NCBI GenBank assembly: GCA_963843575.1
Contig: CAWJKZ010000014.1
Coordinates: 192,001-256,000 of the forward strand
DNA length: 64,000 nt
DNA from: an uncultured Acidobacteriota bacterium
Lineage (GTDB): Bacteria > Acidobacteriota > UBA6911
Direction: 5' to 3'
Within the stretch, counting starts at the first letter, position 1; each line of letters opens with the position of its first letter. A program made the position numbers and the translations under genes. Shown here piece after piece: positions 1-10,408 of the stretch. The notes beneath the pieces were generated by a model. It was not told the origin of the DNA, did not search any database, and was given only the letters and a program-made list of their open reading frames with translations.

Positions 1-1851
1 GGCTCACCCCGTCCGTGGTGGCGGTCGGCAAGAACAGCGAGCGCTTTGTCGGGCAGGTGGCCAAGACGGCAGGCGGTGACGAATCCCGAAAACACGATCT
101 TTTCGATCAAGCGTTTCATGGGCCGGAAACTGAGCGAGGTCAGCGAGAAGAGGTCAAGCTGGTTCCCTACAAGGTGATTGCCGGGCCGAACAGGGACGCG
201 CATGTGAAGATGGGCGACCGCGCATATGCACCGCCGGAGATCTCGGCCATGATCCTGCAGAAGATGCGATCGGCCGCGGAGGAGTACCTGGGGGAAAAGG
301 TCGAGAAGGCCGTGGTGACGGTGCCGGCGTACTTCAACGACAGCCAGCGCCAGGCCACCAAGGACGCCGGCAAGATCGCCGGTCTCGACGTCGTCCGCAT
401 CGTCAACGAGCCGACTGCGGCCGCACTGGCGTACGGGCTGGACAAGAAGAAGGACGAGACCATCGCGGTCTACGACTTCGGCGGCGGCACGTTCGACATT
501 TCGATCCTGGAGGTGGGTGAGGGTGTGGTCGAGGTCAAGTCCACCAACGGCGACACGCACCTGGGCGGCGACAACATCGACCAGCGGCTGATGGACTGGA
601 TCATCACGGAGTTCAAGAAGGACCAGGGCATCGACCTGTCGAAGGACAAGATGGCGCTGCAGCGGCTGCGCGAGGCGGCGGAGAAGGCCAAGATGGAGCT
701 GTCCACGGTCATGGAGACCGAGATCAACCTCCCGTTCGTCACCGCCGATGCCAGCGGGCCGAAGCACCTGAACCAGCGACTCACGCGCGCGAAGTTCGAG
801 CAGATGGTTGAAGACATCCTGCAGCGTTCGGTGGCCCCGTGCAAGCAGGCCCTCCAGGACGCGGGCATACAGGCGAAGGACGTCGACGAGGTCGTGCTGG
901 TGGGCGGGTCGACGCGCATCCCGCGCGTGCAGCAGATCGTGCGCGAGTTTTTCGGCAAGGAGCCTCACAAGGGCGTCAATCCTGACGAGGTGGTGGCGGT
1001 CGGAGCGGCGGTGCAGGCGGGCGTGCTGTCCGGGGACGTCAAGGACCTGCTGCTGCTCGACGTGACGCCTCTGTCGCTCGGGATCGAAACGCTGGGCGGG
1101 GTCTTCACGAAGCTGATCGAACGCAACACGACCATCCCGACGCGCAAGTCGGAAGTCTTCTCGACGGCCGCCGACAACCAGACTTCGGTCGAGATCCACG
1201 TGCTGCAGGGCGAGCGCGCGATGGCGCGGGACAACCGCACGCTGGGCAAGTTCCACCTGGTCGGCATCCCGTCGGCGCCCCGAGGCATCCCCCAGATCGA
1301 GGTCGCGTTTGACATCGATGCCAACGGGATCGTGAACGTCTCGGCGAAGGATCTCGGCACCAACAAGGAGCAGAAGATCACGATCACGGCGTCGAGCGGT
1401 CTCAACAAGGATGAGATCGATCGCATGACCACGGACGCCCAGTCGCATGCGGACGAGGATCAGAAGAACCGTGAAAAGGTCGAGGCGCGCAACAAGCTCG
1501 ACAGCCTCGCCTACAACACGGAGAAGATCCTGAAGGAGAACCGCGACAAGATCAGCGAGTCGGAGGCCGACGAACCTCGATTCGGCCCTGGCGAGTGCAA
1601 AACGTGCCCTGGAAAACAGCTCGGCGGAGGCCGGCGAGTTGAACTCGGCTTTCGAAGAACTGACGCGGGCCTCACACCGGCTCGCTGAGGTCATGTATCA
1701 GAAGACGGCCGCACAGACGCCTCCTCCGGGCTCGGGGCCTGCCGGCGGCGGCGCGACAGGCGGGACGCCCGGCCAGGAACCGGGTGGCGCCGGCAAGAAG
1801 GAGGACGAGGTCATCGACGCCGAGTACGTCGACATGGACGACAACAAGTAA
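1..1851 (+). CDS. dnaK: Chaperone DnaK (5' end outside window; apparent indels near 66/149 and near 1570-1600)
   Basis: Hsp70 motifs [41 protein letters not shown]. The C-terminus ([14 protein letters not shown]) continues in ORF 1639..1851. Confidence 0.98.
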
Positions 1852-1858
1852 GGCCGCA

Positions 1859-1884
1859 GGCGGACCCGGTCTCCCGGGTCCGCC
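1859..1884 (+). other. 11-bp GC stem-loop after dnaK (no U-tract; possible mRNA stabiliser or terminator)
   Basis: GGCGGACCCGG-TCTC-CCGGGTCCGCC perfect inverted repeat. Confidence 0.6.
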
Positions 1885-1936
1885 CGTTGCGCGGTAATTC
1901 CAGGCGCCCGGGGGGCGCGGCAGCGGGAGCGCTGGC

Positions 1937-2362
1937 ATGGCGAATCCAAGACAACGGAGCGGCACCCCGCGGGAGTGGGAGAGCCTGTACTCGCTCATGA
2001 TCCGCGACGAGTCTCCGGTCCAGGGCGCGTCGCTCGTGCCGCCGGTGGACATCTACGAGACGGGGGACTCGTTCACGTTGACGGCCGAACTCCCGGGCGT
2101 CGAAAGAAAAGACATCCGCATAGAGGTATCCGGGGCCGAACTGACCATCCGCGGCGAACGCCTGCTCGATCCCGTTTGCCGCGAGGAGAGCTACTACTGC
2201 CTAGAGGGGATGCGCGGGAGGTTCTGCCGAAAATTCCACTTGCCCGTAGACGTCGATGGCGAGGGGATCACGGCAGATCTCAAGGCGGGCGTCCTCACGG
2301 TCATCCTGCCGAAGGCCTCGCTTCATGCGAGGCGCATACCCGTCGTGTCGGATCGTTCATAG
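1937..2362 (+). CDS. Small heat shock protein, Hsp20/alpha-crystallin family
   Basis: PPVDIYETGDSFTLTAELPGV...G.F.RKFHLPVDVD...A.LKAGVLTVILPK. Confidence 0.93.
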   Translation: MANPRQRSGTPREWESLYSLMIRDESPVQGASLVPPVDIYETGDSFTLTAELPGVERKDIRIEVSGAELTIRGERLLDPVCREESYYCLEGMRGRFCRKFHLPVDVDGEGITADLKAGVLTVILPKASLHARRIPVVSDRS

Positions 2363-2371
2363 TCTGAAACC

Positions 2372-3517
2372 ATGGCCAAGGAAGACTACTATTCGATTCT
2401 GGGTGTTTCACGCTCCGCCAAACCGGCCGAAATCAAAAAGGCCTACCGGCGGCTGGCACGCAAGAACCACCCGGACGTAAACCCGGGGGACAAGTCTGCC
2501 GAGGAACGCTTCAAGAAGATCCAGGAAGCCTACGACGTGCTGAGCGAGCCGAAGAAGCGCGCGATGTACGATCAATACGGCTTCTATTCGGAAAACTTCA
2601 AAGAGCCCCCGCCGGGAGAAGCGGGGTTCGGCCGTTCCGCCGGGGGGCCTCGCGGGGGATTCGATTTCTCGGGCATGGATTTCGGCGCGGAGCAGGGGGG
2701 TGGCAGTTTCCGGGACGTATTCGCCGATCTTTTCGGCGGCGGAGGGACGGAGCGGGGCCGCGCAGCGGGACCCCACAAGGGAAACGATCTCGAGCACTAC
2801 CTCAACATCTCGTTTTTCGAGGCGATCCGCGGTCTGTCGACTCGCCTGACGATAAACCGTCCGGAGGCTTGCAGCGCGTGCCAGGGGAGCGGCATGGAGC
2901 GCGGCAAAGCCCAGCAGGTGTGCCCGACCTGCAACGGTACCGGCCAGGAGGGACGATCGCACGGCATCATGCGTTTTTCCGGACCCTGCAGGACTTGCGG
3001 CGGCACCGGCCGGGTCGGCAGCCGGTGCCCGGTCTGCGGTGGTTCCGGGACGGTCCCGGTGCACGAGACCCTAACGGTCCGTATCCCACCCGGGGTCAAC
3101 AACGGTTTCCGAATGCGCGTCCCGCGCAAGGGTGGCGCCGGTAAGGCCGGGGGCGCTCCCGGTGATCTCTACCTGATTATCAGCGTGCGCCCGCACGAGT
3201 TCTTCCGTCGCGAGGGGAACGACATCCTGTGTACCGTTCCGATCACGGTTACCGAAGCCGCCCTCGGAACCAAGATCGAGGTGCCGACACTCGACGGCAA
3301 GACCCTGCTGCGCATCCCCCCCGGCACCCAGAGCGGCCAGAAATTCCGCCTGAGGGGCAAGGGCGCCCCGTCGCTGCGGGGCGACAATCATGGCAACCAG
3401 ATCCTAGAAGTGCGCGTTCTCGTCCCCAAGGTGGCAGACGAACGCTCGAAGGAGATACTGCGGGAGTTGGCCCGCCTGAACCCAGAGGACCCAAGGGCCG
3501 GCCTCGGCCCGTTTTAA
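2372..3517 (+). CDS. dnaJ: Chaperone DnaJ
   Basis: J-domain with HPD, G/F-rich region, four CxxCxGxG repeats, C-terminal domain. Confidence 0.97.
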   Translation: MAKEDYYSILGVSRSAKPAEIKKAYRRLARKNHPDVNPGDKSAEERFKKIQEAYDVLSEPKKRAMYDQYGFYSENFKEPPPGEAGFGRSAGGPRGGFDFSGMDFGAEQGGGSFRDVFADLFGGGGTERGRAAGPHKGNDLEHYLNISFFEAIRGLSTRLTINRPEACSACQGSGMERGKAQQVCPTCNGTGQEGRSHGIMRFSGPCRTCGGTGRVGSRCPVCGGSGTVPVHETLTVRIPPGVNNGFRMRVPRKGGAGKAGGAPGDLYLIISVRPHEFFRREGNDILCTVPITVTEAALGTKIEVPTLDGKTLLRIPPGTQSGQKFRLRGKGAPSLRGDNHGNQILEVRVLVPKVADERSKEILRELARLNPEDPRAGLGPF

Positions 3518-3532
3518 CGGAGCAGGTGAAAC

Positions 3533-3901
3533 GTGAGTCCACGGAAAAAGGCCGGGTACATGATCAGCGCAGTCGCAGAGATTTATCACATCCACCCGCA
3601 GACTCTCCGCCTGTACGAGCGGCTCGGTCTGCTCAAACCCTCGCGCAGCGACGGCAACACGCGCCTGTACACCGAAGCCGACCTCGAACGCCTGGAGGTC
3701 ATCCTCGCGCTTACGCGCGACCTTGGCGTGAACCTCGCGGGAGTCGAAGTCATCTTGACCATGCGGGAAAAGATGGAGAGAATGCAGCGGCAGGTGCAGG
3801 AAATGCTGGAGTACGTGCGCGAGCACATGTCGCCGACAACGGGTTCAACCGACGCTCTCGTGAGGGTGTCCGCGGCCAAGATCGTCCGCAGCCGCCGCTA
3901 G
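3533..3901 (+). CDS. hspR: MerR-family heat-shock repressor, HspR-like
   Basis: YMISAVAE..IHPQTLRLYERLGLLKPSRSDGNTRLYT..D...GVNLAGV; lies directly after dnaJ. Confidence 0.88.
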   Translation: MSPRKKAGYMISAVAEIYHIHPQTLRLYERLGLLKPSRSDGNTRLYTEADLERLEVILALTRDLGVNLAGVEVILTMREKMERMQRQVQEMLEYVREHMSPTTGSTDALVRVSAAKIVRSRR

Positions 3902-3906
3902 CGCGC

Positions 3907-4716
3907 ATGCCTTCTCTTCTCGTTTTTCTGTGGGGGCTTTTCGCAACGGCAGGGCCCGCTCCTCGCGAGACGCTTTCCTACTCTCAGACATACCGCATTT
4001 TCGTGAAGGGCGAGGCCGTCGGCACGGAGTCCGTCTCCGAGACGTCCGATGCGCAGGGAAACCTGGTTTCGTCCGGCCGGCACGAAGTCTTCGTTGCGGA
4101 CGGGCTCGAGAAGAAGCGGATGGCGTTCACGACGCGACTGGTGCTTGGGGCCAAAGACCTCGCGCCAGTGAGTTACTCGTGCGTGTACACGTCGGGGGAG
4201 GCCAGGGACTCCTACACCGTCACCGTCCGAAACGGCCGGCTGGAACGAGTGCTCACGCGCGGGGGACACACGAGCTCCGTGAAGGTCCCCCGGCCACCGG
4301 ACCTTGTCGTGATCGATTTCAGCGTCTACCACCATTACGACTACCTGATCCGCAGATACGATTCCAGGAAGGGCGGGCGCCAGGAGTTCCGCAACTTCAT
4401 CCCGGTGATCGGCGCCGAGGTTCCCCTGGCGCTCACGCGCCTGGAGGATTCGCAGCTCGAGGCGGCGGGCGTTTCCATTCCAGTGCGCAACTTTCGCGTC
4501 GAGTTCGTCGGAATTCTGACCGGGACGCTGTCGACTGACCGCGCGGGCCGGTTGGTGCGGCTCCTGGTGCCGCAGCAGGACCTGCAGGTCCTGCGGGAGG
4601 ATCTGGTGCCGGAGACGCCGGGCGGCGGTTCGGTTCAAGGGAGCGAGGGCTCCTCGGGCAGCGGCACCGCGGCGGCTGCCTGTGCCGCGCGCAGCCGCGA
4701 CCGGATCAGCCGGTAG
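3907..4716 (+). CDS. Secreted beta-rich hypothetical protein
   Basis: ATG 3907 just after the hspR stop; hydrophobic N-terminus MPSLLVFLWGLFA; alternating beta-strand pattern. The 3' end overlaps the convergent gene, so it is uncertain. Confidence 0.7.
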   Translation: MPSLLVFLWGLFATAGPAPRETLSYSQTYRIFVKGEAVGTESVSETSDAQGNLVSSGRHEVFVADGLEKKRMAFTTRLVLGAKDLAPVSYSCVYTSGEARDSYTVTVRNGRLERVLTRGGHTSSVKVPRPPDLVVIDFSVYHHYDYLIRRYDSRKGGRQEFRNFIPVIGAEVPLALTRLEDSQLEAAGVSIPVRNFRVEFVGILTGTLSTDRAGRLVRLLVPQQDLQVLREDLVPETPGGGSVQGSEGSSGSGTAAAACAARSRDRISR

Positions 4717-5183
4717 ACGCGCTCCAGCACGTAGGTCCGCATCCGGGAATCACGAGGGAACATCGACCGCACCGCTTGATTGACCCCGACCAGCGAAGCC
4801 TCAAGTTCGGGGAACAGCCTCTCGGTAAGTGTGGGATCGTAGGGAAGCTTGACGCTGCGACAGCCGATCTCCGAAAACAGTTTAAGGTATCGGGCAGTGG
4901 GCATGTCGGGGCAGTGGATGCGCTTGTAGGACGCCTGCACCTCGTAGCCGAGCAACGTGTGGATGACGCGGGCGCTGCTTTTGCGCCCCAGCAGGTGGAT
5001 GGTCCTGGTCTTCACCGGCAGCACTTCGGTGCGGTAAATGCCGACGAGCCCGCGCCCGGGCTCGGCCTCTTCTATGGCATCGAGTATCTTGCGGAGCGGA
5101 ACTCGGGCGCGGGGCGAACCAGCCGGGGCGGGTGCGGCTTCCTGGAGTTCCCTGCGGCTCGCGGCCCCCCGCTGTCTTGGCAT
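4635..5183 (-). CDS. Hypothetical protein
   Basis: C-terminal part of ORF 4635..6230 from ATG 5183; globular-looking segment LLGYEVQASYKRIHCPDMPTARYLKLFSEIGC. Confidence 0.7.
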   Translation of the reverse strand: MPRQRGAASRRELQEAAPAPAGSPRARVPLRKILDAIEEAEPGRGLVGIYRTEVLPVKTRTIHLLGRKSSARVIHTLLGYEVQASYKRIHCPDMPTARYLKLFSEIGCRSVKLPYDPTLTERLFPELEASLVGVNQAVRSMFPRDSRMRTYVLERVYRLIRSRLRAAQAAAAVPLPEEPSLP

Positions 5184-5190
5184 CGACGTG

Positions 5191-6230
5191 TTACTCGACC
5201 TGTTGGCGCCTGTGCGCTGATTGAGAAGCCGTTGCGCTTGCCGGCGCACCAGCTCGGAGATGCCGCGGTCCCGCGCGACTGCCTGCAGGTCGCGCGTCTG
5301 CAACCGCGTGACAAGCCCCTGCGAGACCATAGGAGGGGTTTTGGGGTTCCTGACCAGGTTGAGCGCTACCGGATAGCTGCGCGCCCACTCGCGGCTGCCG
5401 CCTATGGATCGTAGAATATCGTCGGACACGTTGCGCATCGCCGCGAATCCCTCGACTTCACTTTCGGTCAGCTTCGGGCTGTGCAGGACGGCATGCGAAA
5501 TCAGGCGGTTGGTGTCGCGGATCAGGACGTTCCTGGCCTCGCGGGGCCGGTCATGGCCACCTTGATCTTCTCCCGCACCGTCATTCTTGAGACGCGGTCG
5601 AGGAGCGCTCCCTCCCTGGCCTGGGGGTCGGTGGGCAGCCCTTCGAGCCACAGATCGTCGGGCGGGAGCTCCGCTTCGAGTTCCGGGGCTTCCGTGTGGC
5701 CGACGGAGGCTTGCCCCTCGGTGGTTACCGAATAGTCGAGCTTCTTGTCGCTGAAGAACTCCTGCTCGATTTCGTGGACCAGCCGCAGCACTTCGGGCGT
5801 GGAGGCGGGATTCTCTGGCGTTGCGCAGAATCCCGGGGAATTGGAGGAGCCGTACACGGTTGAAGAGGATCGCCTCGATCAGCGGACCGGGCACACGCGT
5901 GGCCATGTCCTCGACCACCGGGCCGGAAGTCGAGGGATTGAGGATCACGGCTTCGGCCAGCGCAGACCTCTGCGCTGCGCGAGAAATACTCGAGAACCGG
6001 GACCGGGCAGGCGCGCGACTTGAGCTGCTCCAGGATCTCTTCTTCGGGCCATGCCTCGAGGGTGCGGCCGGCCTGAAGCGCGACCTCTTCGTCGGCGTCC
6101 CGTGCCAGGAGTGCCAGAAGGTGGACCAGTTCCTGGGGAGGCAGCGGAGCCGTTCCGCGGGCCACTGCCAGCCGGATGTTCTTCGCCGGGCTTGTGCGAG
6201 GAAGGTCTCGAAAAATGAGCTCGGGGTCAT
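5191..6230 (-). CDS. Helical-repeat (LRV/HEAT-like) hypothetical protein, several apparent frameshifts
   Basis: Pieces in three frames join into one protein with ILNPST, NPAST and LVRNPKTP repeats and MTVREKIKVAM..REARNVLIRD.N.LI..AVL.SPKLT; likely stop TAA 5191-5193. Confidence 0.75.
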
Positions 6231-7108
6231 GGGCTTTGTGCGGACGGCTGCAGCAGGTCGGCGAGGTTTTGCTCGGTTATGAGCACTTTCACGACGTCGC
6301 CCGGCTTTCCGAGCGCTTTGGCCGGCTTCCCGTTGATGGTCAGGCGGACTCCGCCCGCGTTGCCAAGGACGACGAGGATGCTCTCGTCGGCGGAGAAGTC
6401 CCTTGTGTCACCGGGATTGAGCTGCTGGGCAAGAACCTTCCGGTTGTCGGCGGTCACGGAGGTCCAGCACGTCTGAAGCACCTCGAACCGGATCCGGAGC
6501 TTCGCCGTCGCCGTGTCGGCGGTCCCGGCGGCCGCGGGGGCGCCTGCAGCCACCGATGGACCGGGTGCCTGCGTCGCCGGTCCTCCTGTCTCGACTGGAG
6601 CCTCGCTCGCCGGGGCCGGCACGGGGGCCGGGACCGCTGGCGGAGCATCCTGGCGCGGCGCCGGCGGGACCGGGGCCGGCGGTGCTTCCACCCGTGCGGC
6701 AGGCGGTCGTGAGAAATAGGGCGAGAAGACTTCGGAGATCCAGTGCCTGCTGAAAAAAATGCCTGCGGTGGATGCGGCGAGCATCAGGACCCATGCGAAC
6801 AGCGGGTGAGATCCGCGCCTGGACGAATTTTGCGGGACAGGCACCTTGGCCCGGTAGGTCTTCTTCTCGAGCACAGGGGGCATCTCGGCGTCGTAACGCT
6901 GGAGGATTGGCTGGGGATCGAGGCCGAGATACTCGGAGTAGGCCCGCAGGAAGGCGCGGTTATACATGCCCCCAGGCAAGTCGCGATATCGGCTTTCCTC
7001 GATGTTCTGCAGATGCCGATAGCTGATGCGCGTCTCTTGGGCCACCTCGCTTAACGAGAGCTTGCGCCCTTCCCGAGCCAGCTTGAATATTGTGCCGAGG
7101 GACTCCAT
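6227..7108 (-). CDS. rodZ: RodZ-like cell-shape protein (HTH, TM, DUF4115-type C-terminal domain)
   Basis: AREGRKLSL.EVA.ETRIS...IEE..Y.DLPGG.Y.RAFLRAY..YLGLD; single TM; LGNAGGV.LTINGK. Confidence 0.9.
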   Translation of the reverse strand: MESLGTIFKLAREGRKLSLSEVAQETRISYRHLQNIEESRYRDLPGGMYNRAFLRAYSEYLGLDPQPILQRYDAEMPPVLEKKTYRAKVPVPQNSSRRGSHPLFAWVLMLAASTAGIFFSRHWISEVFSPYFSRPPAARVEAPPAPVPPAPRQDAPPAVPAPVPAPASEAPVETGGPATQAPGPSVAAGAPAAAGTADTATAKLRIRFEVLQTCWTSVTADNRKVLAQQLNPGDTRDFSADESILVVLGNAGGVRLTINGKPAKALGKPGDVVKVLITEQNLADLLQPSAQSP

Positions 7109-7219
7109 AGGAACGGGATCTACAAAATGGGCAGCGGACTACTGTTCAGTACTTCGCCTGCCGAAAAGCCACAGCACCTGAAAAGAAATGAGCCTGCTGG
7201 ACTTTGCGGATGAATACAC

Positions 7220-7248
7220 ATTCTACTGCCTCCTGAAGGGAGTGTCAA
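7220..7248 (-). promoter_or_regulatory. sigma70-type promoter for the rodZ operon
   Basis: TTGACA-17nt-TAGAAT on the minus strand. Confidence 0.8.
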
Positions 7249-7296
7249 TCGACGATGGTACTCGATGCGGATCCGGGCTGGCGGTTTTGCCGCAGA

Positions 7297-7325
7297 TTGA
7301 CGCTTCCATGCCGATGTGTTAGGGT
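7297..7325 (+). promoter_or_regulatory. Putative divergent promoter
   Basis: TTGACG-17nt-TAGGGT with extended -10 TG. Confidence 0.5.
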
Positions 7326-7494
7326 CTGGGGAGGGCGTGGACGCAGGCACACCGCCCACTCCAGGACACAGCGCCCTCGTCGATCTCCGCGTTCACTGTC
7401 CCTCCTGGCAAGCAAGAACCTGATTCTTACGGAGAATCATCTGTGATTGGCCCTTGGTCCGCGCCAAGGGGTCCGGGCGGTAAGACTGAAGCAC

Positions 7495-8128
7495 ATGATG
7501 CTCTTCTGGGTGATGCTGGAGCCCTGGTTGGCCAAGGTCGGAGCTTGGCTCCGGTATATTGCCGCCAACCTGGACGGCCCGGGCTTGCTCCTTGTGGCTT
7601 TGTTCGATTCCTCCTTTCTGTCGATACCGGAAGGGCAACGACGTCCTGATCGTCCTCCTGTCGTCCGGCAACACATGGAAGAACATGGCCTACTACGTGG
7701 GCATGACCACCGCCGGGTCCATCGCCGGCTGCCTGCTGTTGTACACGGTCGGCCGCAAGGGGGGCAGCCCGATCCTGCACAAGCGGTTCTCGGCGGACAA
7801 CATCCAAAGAGCGGAGAGGCTGTTTGAGAAGTACGGCGTCCTGACGGTGGTACTACCGAGCATCCTGCCCCCGCCCTGTCCATTCAAGATATTCGTCCTC
7901 AGCGCCGGCGTCTTCCGTCTGAGGCTTGCGGAATTCGTAGCTGCTATAGCCATAGGGCGTACCGTGCGTTATTCGATGTGGGGAGTCCTTGCGCTGCTGT
8001 ACGGCGATTCCGTCAAGGTCTACATGCAGCAGAATTTGCCCAAGATAGGCATTGCGCTATTTGGCATGCTCGCGCTGGCCCTTGCCGTTCTGCTGTGGAA
8101 TTATTTCAGTCGCACGCGCCGCGCCTGA
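7495..8128 (+). CDS. DedA/YqaA-family (VTT domain) membrane protein; frameshift near 7636
   Basis: GLLLVALFDSSFLSIPEG/NDVLIVLL..GSIAG..LY.VGRKGG..LPPPCPFKIFVLSAG..GRTVRY. Confidence 0.85.
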
Positions 8129-8157
8129 CCGGCGCCCGATTTTTCGACATTCGCCGC

Positions 8158-8216
8158 AACAAAGAGTTCCAGGCCGGGGCGCAACCAGGGCTACCAGCCC
8201 CGTAACTCTTTGTTTT
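8158..8216 (+). terminator. Composite hairpin after the DedA gene, possible terminator
   Basis: AACAAAGAGTT (8158-8168) pairs with AACTCTTTGTT (8204-8214), with inner CGGGGC/GCCCCG. Confidence 0.45.
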
Positions 8217-8340
8217 GGTGTATCTTTATAGCGCGCGCGGCTGTGGGGTGCTTATTGCGTCTGTGGCGGCGTGAACGGGGCCGGCGACTGGCCACTTGGC
8301 GAAATGATTGAAAATATTGAGGCTATTATCACTCGCCGCG

Positions 8341-8368
8341 TTGACATTGGTGAGGTGTTTGCTAGATT
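8341..8368 (+). promoter_or_regulatory. Promoter of the Lol-like operon
   Basis: TTGACA-16nt-TAGATT with extended -10 TG. Confidence 0.6.
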
Positions 8369-8403
8369 CACGGGCTGTTAATCACCTGAAGGGGCACTTC
8401 TTG

Positions 8404-9307
8404 GTGGAACGTTTCATTCGATTCCTGCGTAGCGCACTGCTCGGGGTGGCAGCGGCGGCGATATTGTCCGCGACGGGGTGCGGTATAAAGCGCACGGTCA
8501 CCCTGCCGACCGCTCCAAAGATCGCTCAGGCCAAGACTGCCTCTCTGGGAGAACTGCTCTCGAACCTCGAGACTTATAGCAACCGGGTTTCATCGCTGGT
8601 TTCCAATGCGATGCGGGTTACGTTCACCTCCGGCAGGGTCGAATCCGGCAAGCTGCAGGAGTACCGCAGCGCTCCCGGGTACATCCTGCTCAAGCGCCCC
8701 GATTCTATCCGCCTGAACGTGCAAAACCCTCTGACGAAGACGAGCATCGTGGAACTCGTGTCGGTGGGAGACCGGTTCAGCGTCTGGTACCCGCGCGAAA
8801 ACAAGTTCTACCTGGGGAAGAACAGCGCGAGGGAACTGGAGGTCGAGGGGGCTCCCAGTTTTTCCGCCCGGCCGAGCCACATTTTCGAAGCGGTCTTCCC
8901 GCAGAAGCTCGTCTTCAAAGAGCCGGGCTACCGTATCGCCATGGAAGAGGAGCGGGATGCGACGACCAAGTATTACGTGCTGACCGTGTTCCGTGACGCG
9001 GGGGATGCGGAAGCTCGAGCCGGTGCGAAAACTGTGGGTCGACCGTTCGGATCTCAGCGTGGCCCGCCAGTTCGTCTACGGCGAACACGGCGTTGTGGTC
9101 AGCATGATCCAGTACTCGAATCTCGTGCCCGCCGACGGCGTAGTCCTCCCGCTTTCGATACGGATCGAGCGGCCGATCGACGGATACATCCTGGACATGC
9201 AGTTTCAGTCCTGGCGAGTAAACATGGAGTTGCCGGACACCGCTTTCGTGATGAGCCCTCCCCAGGGCGCGCAGCAGGTGGTGCTCAAGGAGAAGGGAAG
9301 AGGCTGA
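8404..9307 (+). CDS. Lipoprotein with probable LolA/LolB-like fold (DUF4292-like); frameshift near 9010
   Basis: Lipobox LSATG-C; beta-rich body GYILLKRPDSIRL; continues in 8993..9307 (LWVDRSDL...WRVNMELPDTAF). Confidence 0.7.
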
Positions 9308-9313
9308 TCCGTC

Positions 9314-10408
9314 ATGGAAAGTCTGATCACCGCAAACATCAAATCACGCCCCACGCGAACCTTGATCAGCATCGTCGCCGTGGGAGTCGGCGTGATCCTC
9401 ATCCTCATCATCGGTGGCATCGCGACCGGCACGCTCAACGACTACGTGGGGCGGACTCTCGGGGTGGGCGCGGACTTCATCCTGCAGGCCCCCGGATCGT
9501 CGATCTTCTACGCGTTCAGCGGCGCCGGTCTGAATGCCGGCCTGGCGCAAAAACTTGCGGAGGTTCCGGGAGTGGGCGGGGTCGCGCCGGTGCTCGCGAA
9601 GTTCAGCTCGGCGGATTTCGGACTCGTTTTCGGGATAGACCTCGCCAGCTTCAACCAGTTTTCGGGCAGGTTGCGCATTGTCAAGGGGCGGGAGTCGCTG
9701 CAGGGATTCGAGGTCATCGTCGATGAGCTTTATGCCCGCACGCACAAGCTCGCGCCCGGCCAGACGATAGAAATCCTGCACAACAAATTCACCGTGAGCG
9801 GTATCTGCAGCTCCGGTGCGGTGGTCCGCGTTTTCGTGCCGCTTTCGACCCTGCAGGACCTGAACGGCACGCCGAACCGGGTCACGCTCATGTTCATCAA
9901 AGTGCAACCGGGGCAGAACGTGAACACGGTCTTCGACAGGCTGAAGGGGACCTATCCGGATCTGGCGCTGGTGCGCGCCGACGACCCGTCGCTCCTGATG
10001 GCCGACACCAGGATGCCAGGCTTTCAGGAGTTCCGCTTTACGGTCGTGCTCGTATCTATGTTGCTGAGCTTCATGGTGATCCTGCTGGCAATGTACACCA
10101 CCATCTTCGAGAGGACGCGGGAGATCGGAATATTGAAGTCTCTCGGGGCTTCCCGAGGCTTTATCCTTGGCATGATTCTCAAAGAATCTGTTATGATATC
10201 TTGTTTGGGGGTGTTGTTCGGAATCGGTGCCAGCGCTATCATCCGGAAGATGATAATCACTGCGTTTCCAACGCTTCAGGTGGCCATGGCGTTCCCTGAG
10301 GTGTTGCGCGGTTGTGCTCTTGGGTTGCTGGGTGGGGCATTGGGATCGCTCTATCCGGCATATAAGGCGGCGCGGATGGATCCCGTCAAAGCGTTATCAT
10401 ATGAGTAG
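9314..10408 (+). CDS. ABC transporter permease, MacB/LolCE family
   Basis: RPTRTLIS N-terminal TM; ERTREIGILKSLGAS; YPAYKAARMDPVKALSYE. Confidence 0.93.
   Translation: MESLITANIKSRPTRTLISIVAVGVGVILILIIGGIATGTLNDYVGRTLGVGADFILQAPGSSIFYAFSGAGLNAGLAQKLAEVPGVGGVAPVLAKFSSADFGLVFGIDLASFNQFSGRLRIVKGRESLQGFEVIVDELYARTHKLAPGQTIEILHNKFTVSGICSSGAVVRVFVPLSTLQDLNGTPNRVTLMFIKVQPGQNVNTVFDRLKGTYPDLALVRADDPSLLMADTRMPGFQEFRFTVVLVSMLLSFMVILLAMYTTIFERTREIGILKSLGASRGFILGMILKESVMISCLGVLFGIGASAIIRKMIITAFPTLQVAMAFPEVLRGCALGLLGGALGSLYPAYKAARMDPVKALSYE

Noticed and set aside
4635-6230. 531-aa fusion ORF
   Set aside because: It is a mosaic of frames; an out-of-frame TAA at 5191 followed by an ATG at 5183 indicates two genes.
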